A DNA stretch of 64,000 nt from Bryobacterales bacterium (GCA_963842505.1 CAWJGZ010000001.1:2025919-2089918); one strand, 5' to 3'. Positions 46,531 to 54,675 are shown, counted from the stretch's first letter. Notes: a model not told the origin generated them from the sequence alone. Program-made: numbers and translations.

Positions 46531-46810
46531 AGAGGACATTCTGTATTGGGGCTGTGCCCCCAAACCCCCGGGATTTATCGCTTTTTCTCAGCCAGAATGG
46601 TTCACGAAGGGGGGCGGCGCTACCGCCCCCTGGGCCATTCCGGACGCTGAGACGGTCGCTCGGGTTGCTTCCCAGCATTGCCCTATCCCGCCCGGCTCAG
46701 GTATCATCAGTCTGCAACAGATTTTTTCCGCTGGCTACGGAAAACCAGCGAACGGCAACCTGTCACCTTTTACCTTGTCTCACCGACGGGGTTCACTCCA
46801 TCAGGCTGAC

Positions 46811-46913
46811 CCATTTTCCCCGAACCGTTTTCCCGTTTTCCCGCGTTTTCCGACCCGTTTTCCCGACCCGTTTTCCCGTTTTCCCCCCCGTTTTCCGCGT
46901 TTTCCGTTTTCGG
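46811..46913 (+). repeat. array of about 10 degenerate direct repeats of (C)CGTTTTCC with 8-13 bp spacing
   Basis: The sequence reads CCATTTTCC..CCGTTTTCCCGTTTTCCCGCGTTTTCCGACCCGTTTTCCCGACCCGTTTTCCCGTTTTCCCCCCCGTTTTCCGCGTTTTCCGTTTTCGG. It lies 60 bp upstream of the 46974 start. Confidence 0.85.
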
Positions 46914-46973
46914 ACCCATACGTACGGATGGAATTGGTGACTGCCCGAAAGCGACCCTCAAGAGGATATTGCT

Positions 46974-49151
46974 TTGGCCAACGTAGCACGCGAACATGTT
47001 CACATAATGAGGAACGAAGCGGAGGTATTCGCCGACTTAAAAGTATTGTGCCGGTCATCGGGCTACGTCCATGCCCTTGCCAACATCTGTTTTCGTGACA
47101 ACATCGTTCGCTATTCAGGGCAAATGCGCCCGAAGGACATGTTGCCAATGTTCTCACCCGACCACCTCATCCGCACCGAGATTTCCACGCTCATAGGCCT
47201 GATGATCCAGGGCGAGATGGACTGGACGATGCCGTCGCCCCACGTGGTGCAAGAGCAGATGGACCGCACGGACGCCTTACTCAAGGAGTTGCATGAGACA
47301 TTTCTTCCATCCATGTCCGGCGCAATAGCGGAACAGGCCAAGGCGCCGGTTAAGGACCTCGAACTACTGGGCCGGGGCGAGTTCCTGCGAGAAATGATCT
47401 TTTACGGCGGGGAGTCGGCCTACAGCTTCCAGTATCGCGATTTCGCGCCCCCAAAATACGCAGCAGATGACGCCTGGTTGAAGGCGAACCGGGGATTCTC
47501 GATCTTCGATTCCAGAACCATCGCTCAAGCAATTGCGCGGCTGCAGGAACAGAAGCTCATGGACACCGTGGCCCACATGGCGACGATCCCACCGGAGCAG
47601 TGGAGCATCCTCCCCGGCTACACCTTTTCCGCGGGAGAAGTTGCCGCGGCATCCGGGGTGGTGGAATCAACCGTGGGGGCCGTACTAAACGCTTTCGCTC
47701 TGGCCCCGGGCGAAAAGAAGGAAACCTTTCGGGCGATTGATGATTTCAACGTAGTTAACGCGGCTCCCCTGCTCAGATTCAACGGTGAGTTCGTTCTATT
47801 CCAGTCGTACAGCCTCGTTGAAGCGCTCTATGAATCGCCGTTCTACTGGATGGTCGTCGACAAGGCGTATGAGTCCACTGCAATGCAAAACCGGGGGCGA
47901 TTTACGGAGACCTTCTGTCGTGATCGGCTCGAGCTGGTCTTCGGCAAGGCGCGCGTCCACACGAACGTGGATATTTTCGAATCAAAGGCAAGGAAGGTCG
48001 GTGAAATCGACGTTCTCGTGCTCTTTGGCGACCGTGCCGTGATCGTTCAGGCGAAATCCAAGCGGCTGACGCTGGAATCGCGTAAAGGCAATGATGGCCG
48101 GATTCGAGACGATTTCAAGAAGAGCGTCCAGGATTCGTACGATCAGGGCCTCACGTGTGCTCAGAAAATCACTGACCCCGAGGTCAAGCTTGTTGGGCCC
48201 GACGGTCGGGAGATCCGTGTTCCAGACCGTGTGTCCGAAATCTACATTCTGTGCGTGGTCGCCGACCACTATCCCTCACTGCACTTTCAGTCCCGCCAGT
48301 TCCTCAAGTACACACAAACCGACGTCATCCAGGCTCCTATGGTGCTGGATGTTTTTACGCTGGATGCGATCACGGAGATGCTCCCTTCGCCGCTGCGCTT
48401 TCTTAGCTATATCAACCGCCGGGTCGGCTACACGGAACGGCTGATGGCAACGCACGAGACGGTCATTCTTTCCTATCACCTGAAGAAGAATCTGTGGATT
48501 GAGGAGAACGTCGACATGCTCATGCTGGGAGACGACATCTCCGTGGACCTCGATGTTGCCATGGCGGTGCGGCGCGACGGCGTGAATGGTCAGCGGACGC
48601 CTGACGGTATTCTCACGCGCCTGAATTCGACCACCGTGGGGCGCATCATCACGGTCATTGAGAGCCGTCCCGAGCCTGGAGTGATCGATTTCGGGTTCCT
48701 GCTGCTGGCGATGAGTGGAAAGGCGACAACAGACGCATGTACGGGCATCGATCGGGCCGCCAAGCTGGCGCGCAGAGATGGACAGACGCACGACATATCC
48801 CTCGGGTTCGATTCGCCCATGAGTGGATTCACAGTGCATTGCAGCGCCGATCCGCTACCGGTGGCGGAGGCTCGACTACGGGGTCACTGCGAGCTTCGTA
48901 AATATCGGCAAAAGGCGAAGACCTGGTTCGGTGTCTGCCTTCATCCAACCGATCAATCACTCAGGTTCGGGTTCAAGCTCGATTACGAGTGGCAACAGGA
49001 TACCCGCATGGAACGAGTGGCGCACGACGCTGCCCAGCCTGCCAATCTCAGCGAAGCAATCGAGGCGAGCACGAAGCGGTCGAAAATTGGACGCAACGAC
49101 CCGTGTCCATGTGGCAGCGGGCGCAAGTACAAGAGATGCCACGGCCAATGA
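46974..49151 (+). CDS. orphan 725-aa protein with a central NERD / PD-(D/E)xK-like nuclease motif and a C-terminal SEC-C zinc-binding motif
   Basis: TTG start with AAGAGGA 7 nt upstream; an alternative ATG lies at 47007. Contains [22 protein letters not shown] (48000..48056), which fits the NERD/restriction-fold D...(E/Q)xK pattern. The C-terminal [18 protein letters not shown] is a canonical SEC-C motif. I recognise nothing in the rest of the protein. Confidence 0.75.
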   Translation: MANVAREHVHIMRNEAEVFADLKVLCRSSGYVHALANICFRDNIVRYSGQMRPKDMLPMFSPDHLIRTEISTLIGLMIQGEMDWTMPSPHVVQEQMDRTDALLKELHETFLPSMSGAIAEQAKAPVKDLELLGRGEFLREMIFYGGESAYSFQYRDFAPPKYAADDAWLKANRGFSIFDSRTIAQAIARLQEQKLMDTVAHMATIPPEQWSILPGYTFSAGEVAAASGVVESTVGAVLNAFALAPGEKKETFRAIDDFNVVNAAPLLRFNGEFVLFQSYSLVEALYESPFYWMVVDKAYESTAMQNRGRFTETFCRDRLELVFGKARVHTNVDIFESKARKVGEIDVLVLFGDRAVIVQAKSKRLTLESRKGNDGRIRDDFKKSVQDSYDQGLTCAQKITDPEVKLVGPDGREIRVPDRVSEIYILCVVADHYPSLHFQSRQFLKYTQTDVIQAPMVLDVFTLDAITEMLPSPLRFLSYINRRVGYTERLMATHETVILSYHLKKNLWIEENVDMLMLGDDISVDLDVAMAVRRDGVNGQRTPDGILTRLNSTTVGRIITVIESRPEPGVIDFGFLLLAMSGKATTDACTGIDRAAKLARRDGQTHDISLGFDSPMSGFTVHCSADPLPVAEARLRGHCELRKYRQKAKTWFGVCLHPTDQSLRFGFKLDYEWQQDTRMERVAHDAAQPANLSEAIEASTKRSKIGRNDPCPCGSGRKYKRCHGQ

Positions 49152-49444
49152 GCCGGCTGGGACAGCCATTGGCAACAATGCTCCTGTTGAAGTCAAAAAG
49201 TCGATTCGCAGCATGAGGCATGAAGGTTCGTCACTTGGCCGATAACGCCCGTTGATGCCATGTGGCCGGGCAAAAGGGAACTCCTCTTACTCGAGTTTAT
49301 AGAGCGCAGGTGACCGAGGCGAACGCCTGGATCGAGTGGAATGCGCAATGCGATGGGCATGCGTAGCTCGGGCCGACAGCGCGGTCCCGACCACGATGCC
49401 GTGCAGTAGGTCACACAGTTGGCCCCGGTCGTTCGTAGTCCAAA

Positions 49445-49788
49445 ACCGGCCGGGAGGCCGGTCGCTGGAGTTTCTGTGTTTTCAAGCTCGTTCATTAAGG
49501 CCAACTAGTGCCGCCGGCGGTCTTGCCGCCGGTGTCTTGTGCGCGCTGGACCATCGCCGCTCTTTCTTCCGGGTGACGAAGATGGGGAAGTTCTCAGGGA
49601 CCCAATGGGCGGTGTTCGGCGCCAGTACATATTGAAAAAGAACCGGCGGCGAAGACCGCCGGCGCTACAAGTCAAGTTGTGTTTTCGACCCGGGAATGTC
49701 ATCCACAGATGCAGAAATTCTGGGGGCAGGCTTCGCCTGCCGTGACCCGGTTTCCAGTGGGTCCAAGACCGGCCGGGAGGCCGGTCTT
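49445..49788. repeat. cluster of five short GC-rich hairpins in a gene-free stretch
   Basis: The five are ACCGGCC-GGGA-GGCCGGT (49445..49462), CCGGCGG-TCTTG-CCGCCGG (49514..49532), CCGGCGG-CGAAGA-CCGCCGG (49643..49662), GGCAGGC-TTC-GCCTGCC (49725..49741) and AAGACCGGCC-GGGA-GGCCGGTCTT (49765..49788). The last sits 3 nt beyond the stop of 49791..50561 and is a likely terminator. Confidence 0.75.
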
Positions 49789-49790
49789 AC

Positions 49791-50561
49791 TCAGATCCTG
49801 ACCGGGTTGTCCAGCACGAACGTCAGGCGGGTTTCCGAAGGCACCCGCACTCTCTGCCCGCTGGTGACCATTTCCACGGCCGTGCCGCCCGCGGCTCCCG
49901 CTCCCAGGCCGATCGCCGCGCCTTTGCCACCACCCAAAATGCCGCCCAGCACCGCGCCGCCTATCGCGCCTCCGCCAATCGTCCCGGCCGACCGCCCCGC
50001 TCGATCCGCACTCTTCTCCCTCACGGTCTGTGTCTGGATGTCCACCATCTGCCCGTTCACCCGCACCGACATCATGGCAAGCGCCAGTTCCGCGCGGCCC
50101 GCAATCTTCCCCGATTGCTTGGAGTCAACCAGCTTCAGCACCACGTCCGCGCCGCGCGGAATGATGGTCTGGCCACTCGCATCCACCACCGGCGCGTCCA
50201 GGCTCCCGGCGAAACTCTGTCCCACTTGCGCCGTTTGCGAATCCACCGAATCGATCATGCGGACGGCGAAATTCGTGCCCGCGGGCAGCGTGATCCCCAT
50301 CATCGCCTGCTGCGCCGCGGCCTCGCGCCGTTCCTCTCGCCGGACCGCCGGCTCTTCCACCGGGGCGTTGTTCCCAAATTCGATGCGCGCCACGTCCGAC
50401 ACGTCCAACGTCTGAATCTGATCGCCAATCTCGACCCTCACCTGGCGCGCCGATCCGCCCAGATAAGTGCCCTGAATCACCCGCCCGTCCTTCATTGTGA
50501 TCGTATCGGCAAGGCCGGCCGTCGCCGCTACGAAAGCCACCGCGATGTACAGTAGACGCAT
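49791..50561 (-). CDS. secreted glycine-zipper protein (paralogous to the N-terminal module of 10899..12572)
   Basis: Start at the ATG at 50561 with GGAG upstream (MRLLYIAVAFVAATAGLA). Contains GGGAIGGAVLGGILGGGKGAAIGLGAGAAGG. The upstream extension of the track ORF runs into the tandem repeat. Confidence 0.65.
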   Translation of the reverse strand: MRLLYIAVAFVAATAGLADTITMKDGRVIQGTYLGGSARQVRVEIGDQIQTLDVSDVARIEFGNNAPVEEPAVRREERREAAAQQAMMGITLPAGTNFAVRMIDSVDSQTAQVGQSFAGSLDAPVVDASGQTIIPRGADVVLKLVDSKQSGKIAGRAELALAMMSVRVNGQMVDIQTQTVREKSADRAGRSAGTIGGGAIGGAVLGGILGGGKGAAIGLGAGAAGGTAVEMVTSGQRVRVPSETRLTFVLDNPVRI

Positions 50562-50617
50562 AAGTTTCTCCGTCTGGTTACTCCTGAAGTTTAACTCACG
50601 CTGGTGCTCCGCAGGGA

Positions 50618-50822
50618 CCGCTCTCTTACGTTCGCGGCTCGGATGGGTGCTCTTGCGTTCGGGGGTCGGATGGCGGGTCGGATTGCGAGTCGGATTGGTA
50701 ACCCGCAAATACCGCTCTCTTACGTTCGCGGCTCCGATGGGTGCTCTTGCGTTCGCGGGTCGGATGGCGGGTCGGACCCGCGGGTCGGATGGGTGATTTT
50801 ACGTTCGCGGGTCGGATTGGAG
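50618..50822. repeat. 94-bp tandem duplication with nested CGTTCGCGGGTCGGATGG-like subrepeats
   Basis: Unit 1 starts at 50618 and unit 2 at 50712. The first 65 nt differ at 2 positions (CCGCTCTCTTACGTTCGCGGCTC[G/C]GATGGGTGCTCTTGCGTTCG[G/C]GGGTCGGATGGCGGGTCGGA). There are about 7 copies of a GGTCGGATGG-type core. The last copy supplies the final codons of 50799..51665. Confidence 0.85.
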
Positions 50823-51665
50823 TCGCGCCGATTCCACCACCATCCGGCCCCGTTTCAATGCCTCGCGGTAAATCACTCGCCGTTGCGCGCGCGTGTAGCC
50901 GCTATTGCCCCAGTAGTAATGTTCCAGCCCCTTACCGACCACGAATGTTCCGGCGTAGGCGATCGCGCCCTTGGGAATCAGCCCGCCGCCCAGCGGGATC
51001 TTGCCCACCAGTTCGCGGGCCAGCGCCCGCCACCCGAAGGCGCCCGAGACAATCGAAAGGATGGCGCCCTTCTGCTTGGCGAAACCGGCATCCCGTCCGC
51101 ACGCCGCCGCGATCAGGAATGCCATGCGGATCTGGTTGGCCGTCAGAATCGCCGTGTCGGATGTGAATTCCCCGAACGCCCACGGCAACTCCAACAGGCT
51201 CGGCACCACGTCCGGCAGCGCCGTCGCCACCGCGAACAGCGCGTTCTCCTGCGCAATCGTGTGGATCGTCCGATCCACCACCGAACGCCGGAAGGCCGGG
51301 TATTGCCGTCCGAGCGGCAGCCACAGATCGTCGTTGCCGTCCAGAATCGCGCCGACGGTCGCCGCCGGGTTGTCGCGGTAAAACGTGTATGTTCCCGGCG
51401 GCGCCGCGATCCCTTGCTCGAACAAAATCAGGTCCACCTGGTCCGGTACCACCGCGTCGTCCGCCCGATGCACCTGGTCCAGCAGATACGTGCGGTCTTC
51501 CAGCGACCCTTCCGGCGGCGCCAGGAAATCCTCCATCTCCGCGTACGCCGCGTCGCTTGACGCCACCAGGCCGAAACGCAGCGGCCGCCGCGCGCGGCGG
51601 CGCACTTCTTCCGGGTTCAACAGCGAGACGGCGGCGCGCGCCTGTTTCAGTGCCTTCATTATCAT
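50799..51665 (-). CDS. hypothetical protein with a DUF697-like C-terminal region
   Basis: Start at the ATG at 51665 or 51659, 6-12 nt after the upstream stop. Contains TAILTANQIRMAFLIAAACGRD...ELVGKIPLGGGLIPKGAIAYAGTFVVGKGLEHYY, which resembles the DUF697 pattern. The call is moderate to weak. Confidence 0.5.
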   Translation of the reverse strand: MIMKALKQARAAVSLLNPEEVRRRARRPLRFGLVASSDAAYAEMEDFLAPPEGSLEDRTYLLDQVHRADDAVVPDQVDLILFEQGIAAPPGTYTFYRDNPAATVGAILDGNDDLWLPLGRQYPAFRRSVVDRTIHTIAQENALFAVATALPDVVPSLLELPWAFGEFTSDTAILTANQIRMAFLIAAACGRDAGFAKQKGAILSIVSGAFGWRALARELVGKIPLGGGLIPKGAIAYAGTFVVGKGLEHYYWGNSGYTRAQRRVIYREALKRGRMVVESARLQSDPRT

Positions 51666-51670
51666 GAGAA

Positions 51671-52939
51671 TCAGTGAGGCGGCTCGGCCCCTCGGAGTCG
51701 AAACATCGTCCGCAGCCCCTTCCGCCATTCTACCGCCAGCCCGATTCGCTCCACATCGATCGACGGCGAATAATACTGCAAGATGGTTTCCGACGACGGA
51801 TGGAATTCCAGGCACGGCGACACCAGCAGGATCCTGGGCGCCTCCGGCCGCAGCTCAATCCCCGGAAAATATCCGTATGCCGCAAACTCGCCGCGGTCCA
51901 GGTGCCATTTCACCCGGATCCAATAGTCCAGCGCCTGCAAGGGCAGGTGCAGATCGGCCGTCGCCTTCAGTTCCACCACCGCCAGCCGCCCGGCCCGGTC
52001 CACCGCGAGCAGGTCGAGAATCCCCCGATCCCCGCCGGCGAACGCCGGCACCTGCCCGTAGACCGGCTGGTGGCGCAGATCCGCATCCAACTTTTCGATC
52101 TCCGCGCGCACCCGCGCTTCGAGCATCGCCTCTGGATACTCCGGCCCGCGCGGCGGCGGCGCTTCCGGCCCTTTGCAAAGCTCGAGGCGCGTATCCAGGT
52201 TCCCGTGATCTTTCGGGTCCACCCCCACTACGTAGTCCTGGCCGGTGTAAGCGAACAGTTCGAATCGCGCCGCTGCCGGGTTCAGCGATAGCAGCCGCAG
52301 CGCCGCCGCCTGCTCCCGCCCGCTTGGCACATACAGCGCCAGCCCTTCCACCGTCAGCCGCCGTTCGCGTGCCCGCAAATAAGATAGCCAGATCAGGCCG
52401 AAGGAAACCACCGCCGCCCAATCCCCTTCCGGCGGGCACGCAATCGCCGCCCACCCATGCTGTCCATGCTTCAGGAATGCGCGCGGGAACGCCGGCGACA
52501 GGCTGAATTCCAGATTCGCTTCGGCGCTCAGCTCCGCCAGGTTCCATTCCGGAAACTGCCTCCGCAGAAAGAGCCGGAACCGCTCGCGAAACACCAGCCG
52601 CCCGGCCCGCTGCCCCAACTCCGCCCCTGCGCGCCGATCCAGATCCACGAGAAACACTACTCCCTGGCGCCGCGCGAAGTGCTCCACGATGATTTCCAGC
52701 CGCGCTGGCGAAGATTGCTTAATCCCCATCACACGCCGCGCCAGGTTGCGGGTTCGATCCCACGCCTGCAAAGTCAGCCGCCCGCCGCGCATTTCGAGCG
52801 AGAAATTATCGCCGCCAATCGCCAGCAACTCCTCGCCCGGTTCCAGCAGCGCGGGTTGCCGGGAGTTCTTTAAGAAGGCCTCAATCGCCAAACGGGTCTC
52901 TTCGGCGCCGCGGCCTTCCACCCGTGTAACGCGCAACAT
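51671..52939 (-). CDS. hypothetical protein with a C-terminal NucS/DUF91-like PD-(D/E)xK nuclease motif
   Basis: Start chosen at the ATG at 52939 (MLRVTRVEG...). The C-terminal third contains GILDLLAVDRAGRLAVVELKATADLHLPLQALDYW, the D...ExK plus Q..Y pattern of the NucS/EndoMS-type fold. I do not recognise the N-terminal ~280 aa. Confidence 0.55.
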   Translation of the reverse strand: MLRVTRVEGRGAEETRLAIEAFLKNSRQPALLEPGEELLAIGGDNFSLEMRGGRLTLQAWDRTRNLARRVMGIKQSSPARLEIIVEHFARRQGVVFLVDLDRRAGAELGQRAGRLVFRERFRLFLRRQFPEWNLAELSAEANLEFSLSPAFPRAFLKHGQHGWAAIACPPEGDWAAVVSFGLIWLSYLRARERRLTVEGLALYVPSGREQAAALRLLSLNPAAARFELFAYTGQDYVVGVDPKDHGNLDTRLELCKGPEAPPPRGPEYPEAMLEARVRAEIEKLDADLRHQPVYGQVPAFAGGDRGILDLLAVDRAGRLAVVELKATADLHLPLQALDYWIRVKWHLDRGEFAAYGYFPGIELRPEAPRILLVSPCLEFHPSSETILQYYSPSIDVERIGLAVEWRKGLRTMFRLRGAEPPH

Positions 52940-53078
52940 GCAACCGCATGGTAACGCGCCGCAACGCAAGTGGGGCGGGCAATCCCGCTCCGCACCCTGC
53001 TTTCACCCGGCTCTTCCCAGTGCGTCAGTTCTTGCACCTTGGCTTGCGCTCGTCCGCCTACCAAAGCAAAATGAACCC

Positions 53079-54272
53079 ATGGCCGCAACCCCACGCGACA
53101 AACTTCGCGCCTGGCGCTTCCACCGCCAGGCTCTCGATGGCCGCTTGCAGGGACGCACTCCCGCCGAAGTCCTCGAACAGACCGGATGGGCCCGTTCTGT
53201 TGGCGGATCCGCGCCTTACCTGACGCTCCTCGCTCGCGCCGGCACGCCCCGCGAAACCATTGACGCCGATTGCGCCCGGCTCGCCATTCACGAACTCCCC
53301 GCCGTGCGCGGCTGCACCTACGTCTTGCCTGCCAGCGACTACGCGCTGGCGCTCAAAGCCAGTCAGCCTTTTGGCGCCGGCGATTTGAAGACCGCCTACA
53401 AACTGGGCGTCACCGAAAAGGAAATCGACCGCTTGTGCGCCGCCGTCTGCCAGGCTCTCGAAACGGGACCGCTCGATCCCGAGGCCATTCGCCAGGCCAC
53501 CGGAACGGCTTCGCGCAGTCTCGGTGACGAGGGTAAGAAAAAAGGCCTCTCGACTACCCTGCCGCTGGCCCTCGGCAAGCTGCAGTCCTCCGGCGACATC
53601 CGCCGCGTGCCGGTCAACGGCCGTCTCGACCAGCAGCGCTTCGCCTACACGCTCTGGCGCCCCAATCCCCTGACTAAATTCTCGCTGTCCCTGGAGCAAG
53701 TCCACGTCGAACTCGCCCGCCGTTATTTTTCCTGGATCGGGCCAGCCACCCTGGCCGAGTTCCAATGGTTCTCCGCGCTCTCCGTCAAGGACTGCAAAGC
53801 CGCCCTCGAACCGCTCAAACTCGAGTCCGCCGGCGACGATGGCTTCCTGCTGCCCGAACATCGCGAAGCCTACCAAGCCTTTCAATTCCCCAAACAGCCG
53901 CGCTACGTATTGACCGCGAGTATCGACGGACTGAGCCTGCTGCGCCGCGATCTCAAGAGCCTGGCCGATCCCGCCGACCTCAAGCGCAAGATTTACAGCG
54001 GCAAAAGCCTGGCGCCGCTTGGCGGCGTCGCCGACCTGCCCTCCCACGCGATTTTCGATCGCGGCCGCCTGGTGGGCCTCTGGGAGTACGACACGGCCAC
54101 CGAATCCATCGCCTGGTGCGCATTCGTGCCCAGGAGCAGCGATCTGGAAAAGGCTGTCTCCCGCACCGAAGATTACATCCGCACGCAACTCGGCGACGCG
54201 CGTTCGTTCAGCCTGGACAGCCCCAAGAGCCGCGCTCCCCGCGTCGCAGCTTTGCGAACCGCCGGGTGGTGA
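53079..54272 (+). CDS. winged-helix DNA-binding protein, YcaQ/AlkZ-like DNA glycosylase family (DUF1006)
   Basis: Internal ATG at 53079 (MAATPRDKLRAWRFHRQALDGR...). Contains GWARSVGGSAPYLTLLAR, IHELPAVRGCTYVLP, LARRYFSWIGPATLAEFQWFS and AIFDRGRLVGLWEYD, which match the family layout. Confidence 0.7.
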   Translation: MAATPRDKLRAWRFHRQALDGRLQGRTPAEVLEQTGWARSVGGSAPYLTLLARAGTPRETIDADCARLAIHELPAVRGCTYVLPASDYALALKASQPFGAGDLKTAYKLGVTEKEIDRLCAAVCQALETGPLDPEAIRQATGTASRSLGDEGKKKGLSTTLPLALGKLQSSGDIRRVPVNGRLDQQRFAYTLWRPNPLTKFSLSLEQVHVELARRYFSWIGPATLAEFQWFSALSVKDCKAALEPLKLESAGDDGFLLPEHREAYQAFQFPKQPRYVLTASIDGLSLLRRDLKSLADPADLKRKIYSGKSLAPLGGVADLPSHAIFDRGRLVGLWEYDTATESIAWCAFVPRSSDLEKAVSRTEDYIRTQLGDARSFSLDSPKSRAPRVAALRTAGW

Positions 54273-54526
54273 AATGACGGGTGCGCGACACAAGAGCGGA
54301 CAAGCGCAGCCGCCGGCACAGCGCGGCAAGCCGCAACCAGCGTACTTCTAAGAGAGCCCAAAAGGGCGAAAGGTGCGAGCGGGCCCGGATTCTTACGCCC
54401 CGTTCCGGGGCTAATGGTCTTGCGCGGGGTTCCCAGTGCTGGCGCACTGGGCTATTCTCTTTCGTCCTACGGACTTGGGCCGCGGAAAGATCTTCGCGGC
54501 CCGCAAAGAAACAAAAACGTAGTAGT

Positions 54527-54600
54527 ACAGAACCGCGAGCGTCAGCGAGCGGCCGCCACGCGGCCTGGAGGTGGCCGCTCGCTGACGCTCGCGGTTCTGT
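54527..54600. repeat. perfect 28-bp inverted repeat with an 18-nt loop
   Basis: ACAGAACCGCGAGCGTCAGCGAGCGGCC (54527..54554) is the exact reverse complement of 54573..54600. It lies in a 400-bp gene-free interval that also holds the hairpin GGGCCGCG-N10-CGCGGCCC (54476..54501). Confidence 0.9.
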
Positions 54601-54675
54601 GCTTGCACCCTAGAATGAGCTCCCTGTTGCACTCTCCCGGGAATAGTGTAGAGTAGACCGGATAGGGGGTGCCCA

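Larger units (their letters stand above)
45227..46604 (+). mobile_element. IS3-family insertion sequence (boundaries approximate)
   Basis: orfA and orfB sit in the 0/-1 frame arrangement. The candidate ends are TGAACCCCAAAATTGAGACAGCG (from 45227) and ...CGCTTTTTCTCAGCCAGAATGGTTCA (to 46604). Both read TGAACC...TGAGA...AGCG inward, but the match is poor and I found no clear target duplication. Confidence 0.6.

Noticed and set aside
46811-46913. Possible CRISPR array (also considered for 50618..50822)
   Set aside because: The units are 8-9 nt, or 17-20 nt in the second case. There are no unique spacers of regular length and no cas genes. These are direct-repeat arrays or tandem duplications, not CRISPR.
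49193-49504. 103-aa minus-strand ORF and 99-aa plus-strand ORF (49336..49635) in the hairpin field
   Set aside because: Neither has an RBS or recognisable motifs. Both reading frames run through palindromic repeat elements, so they are most likely non-coding.
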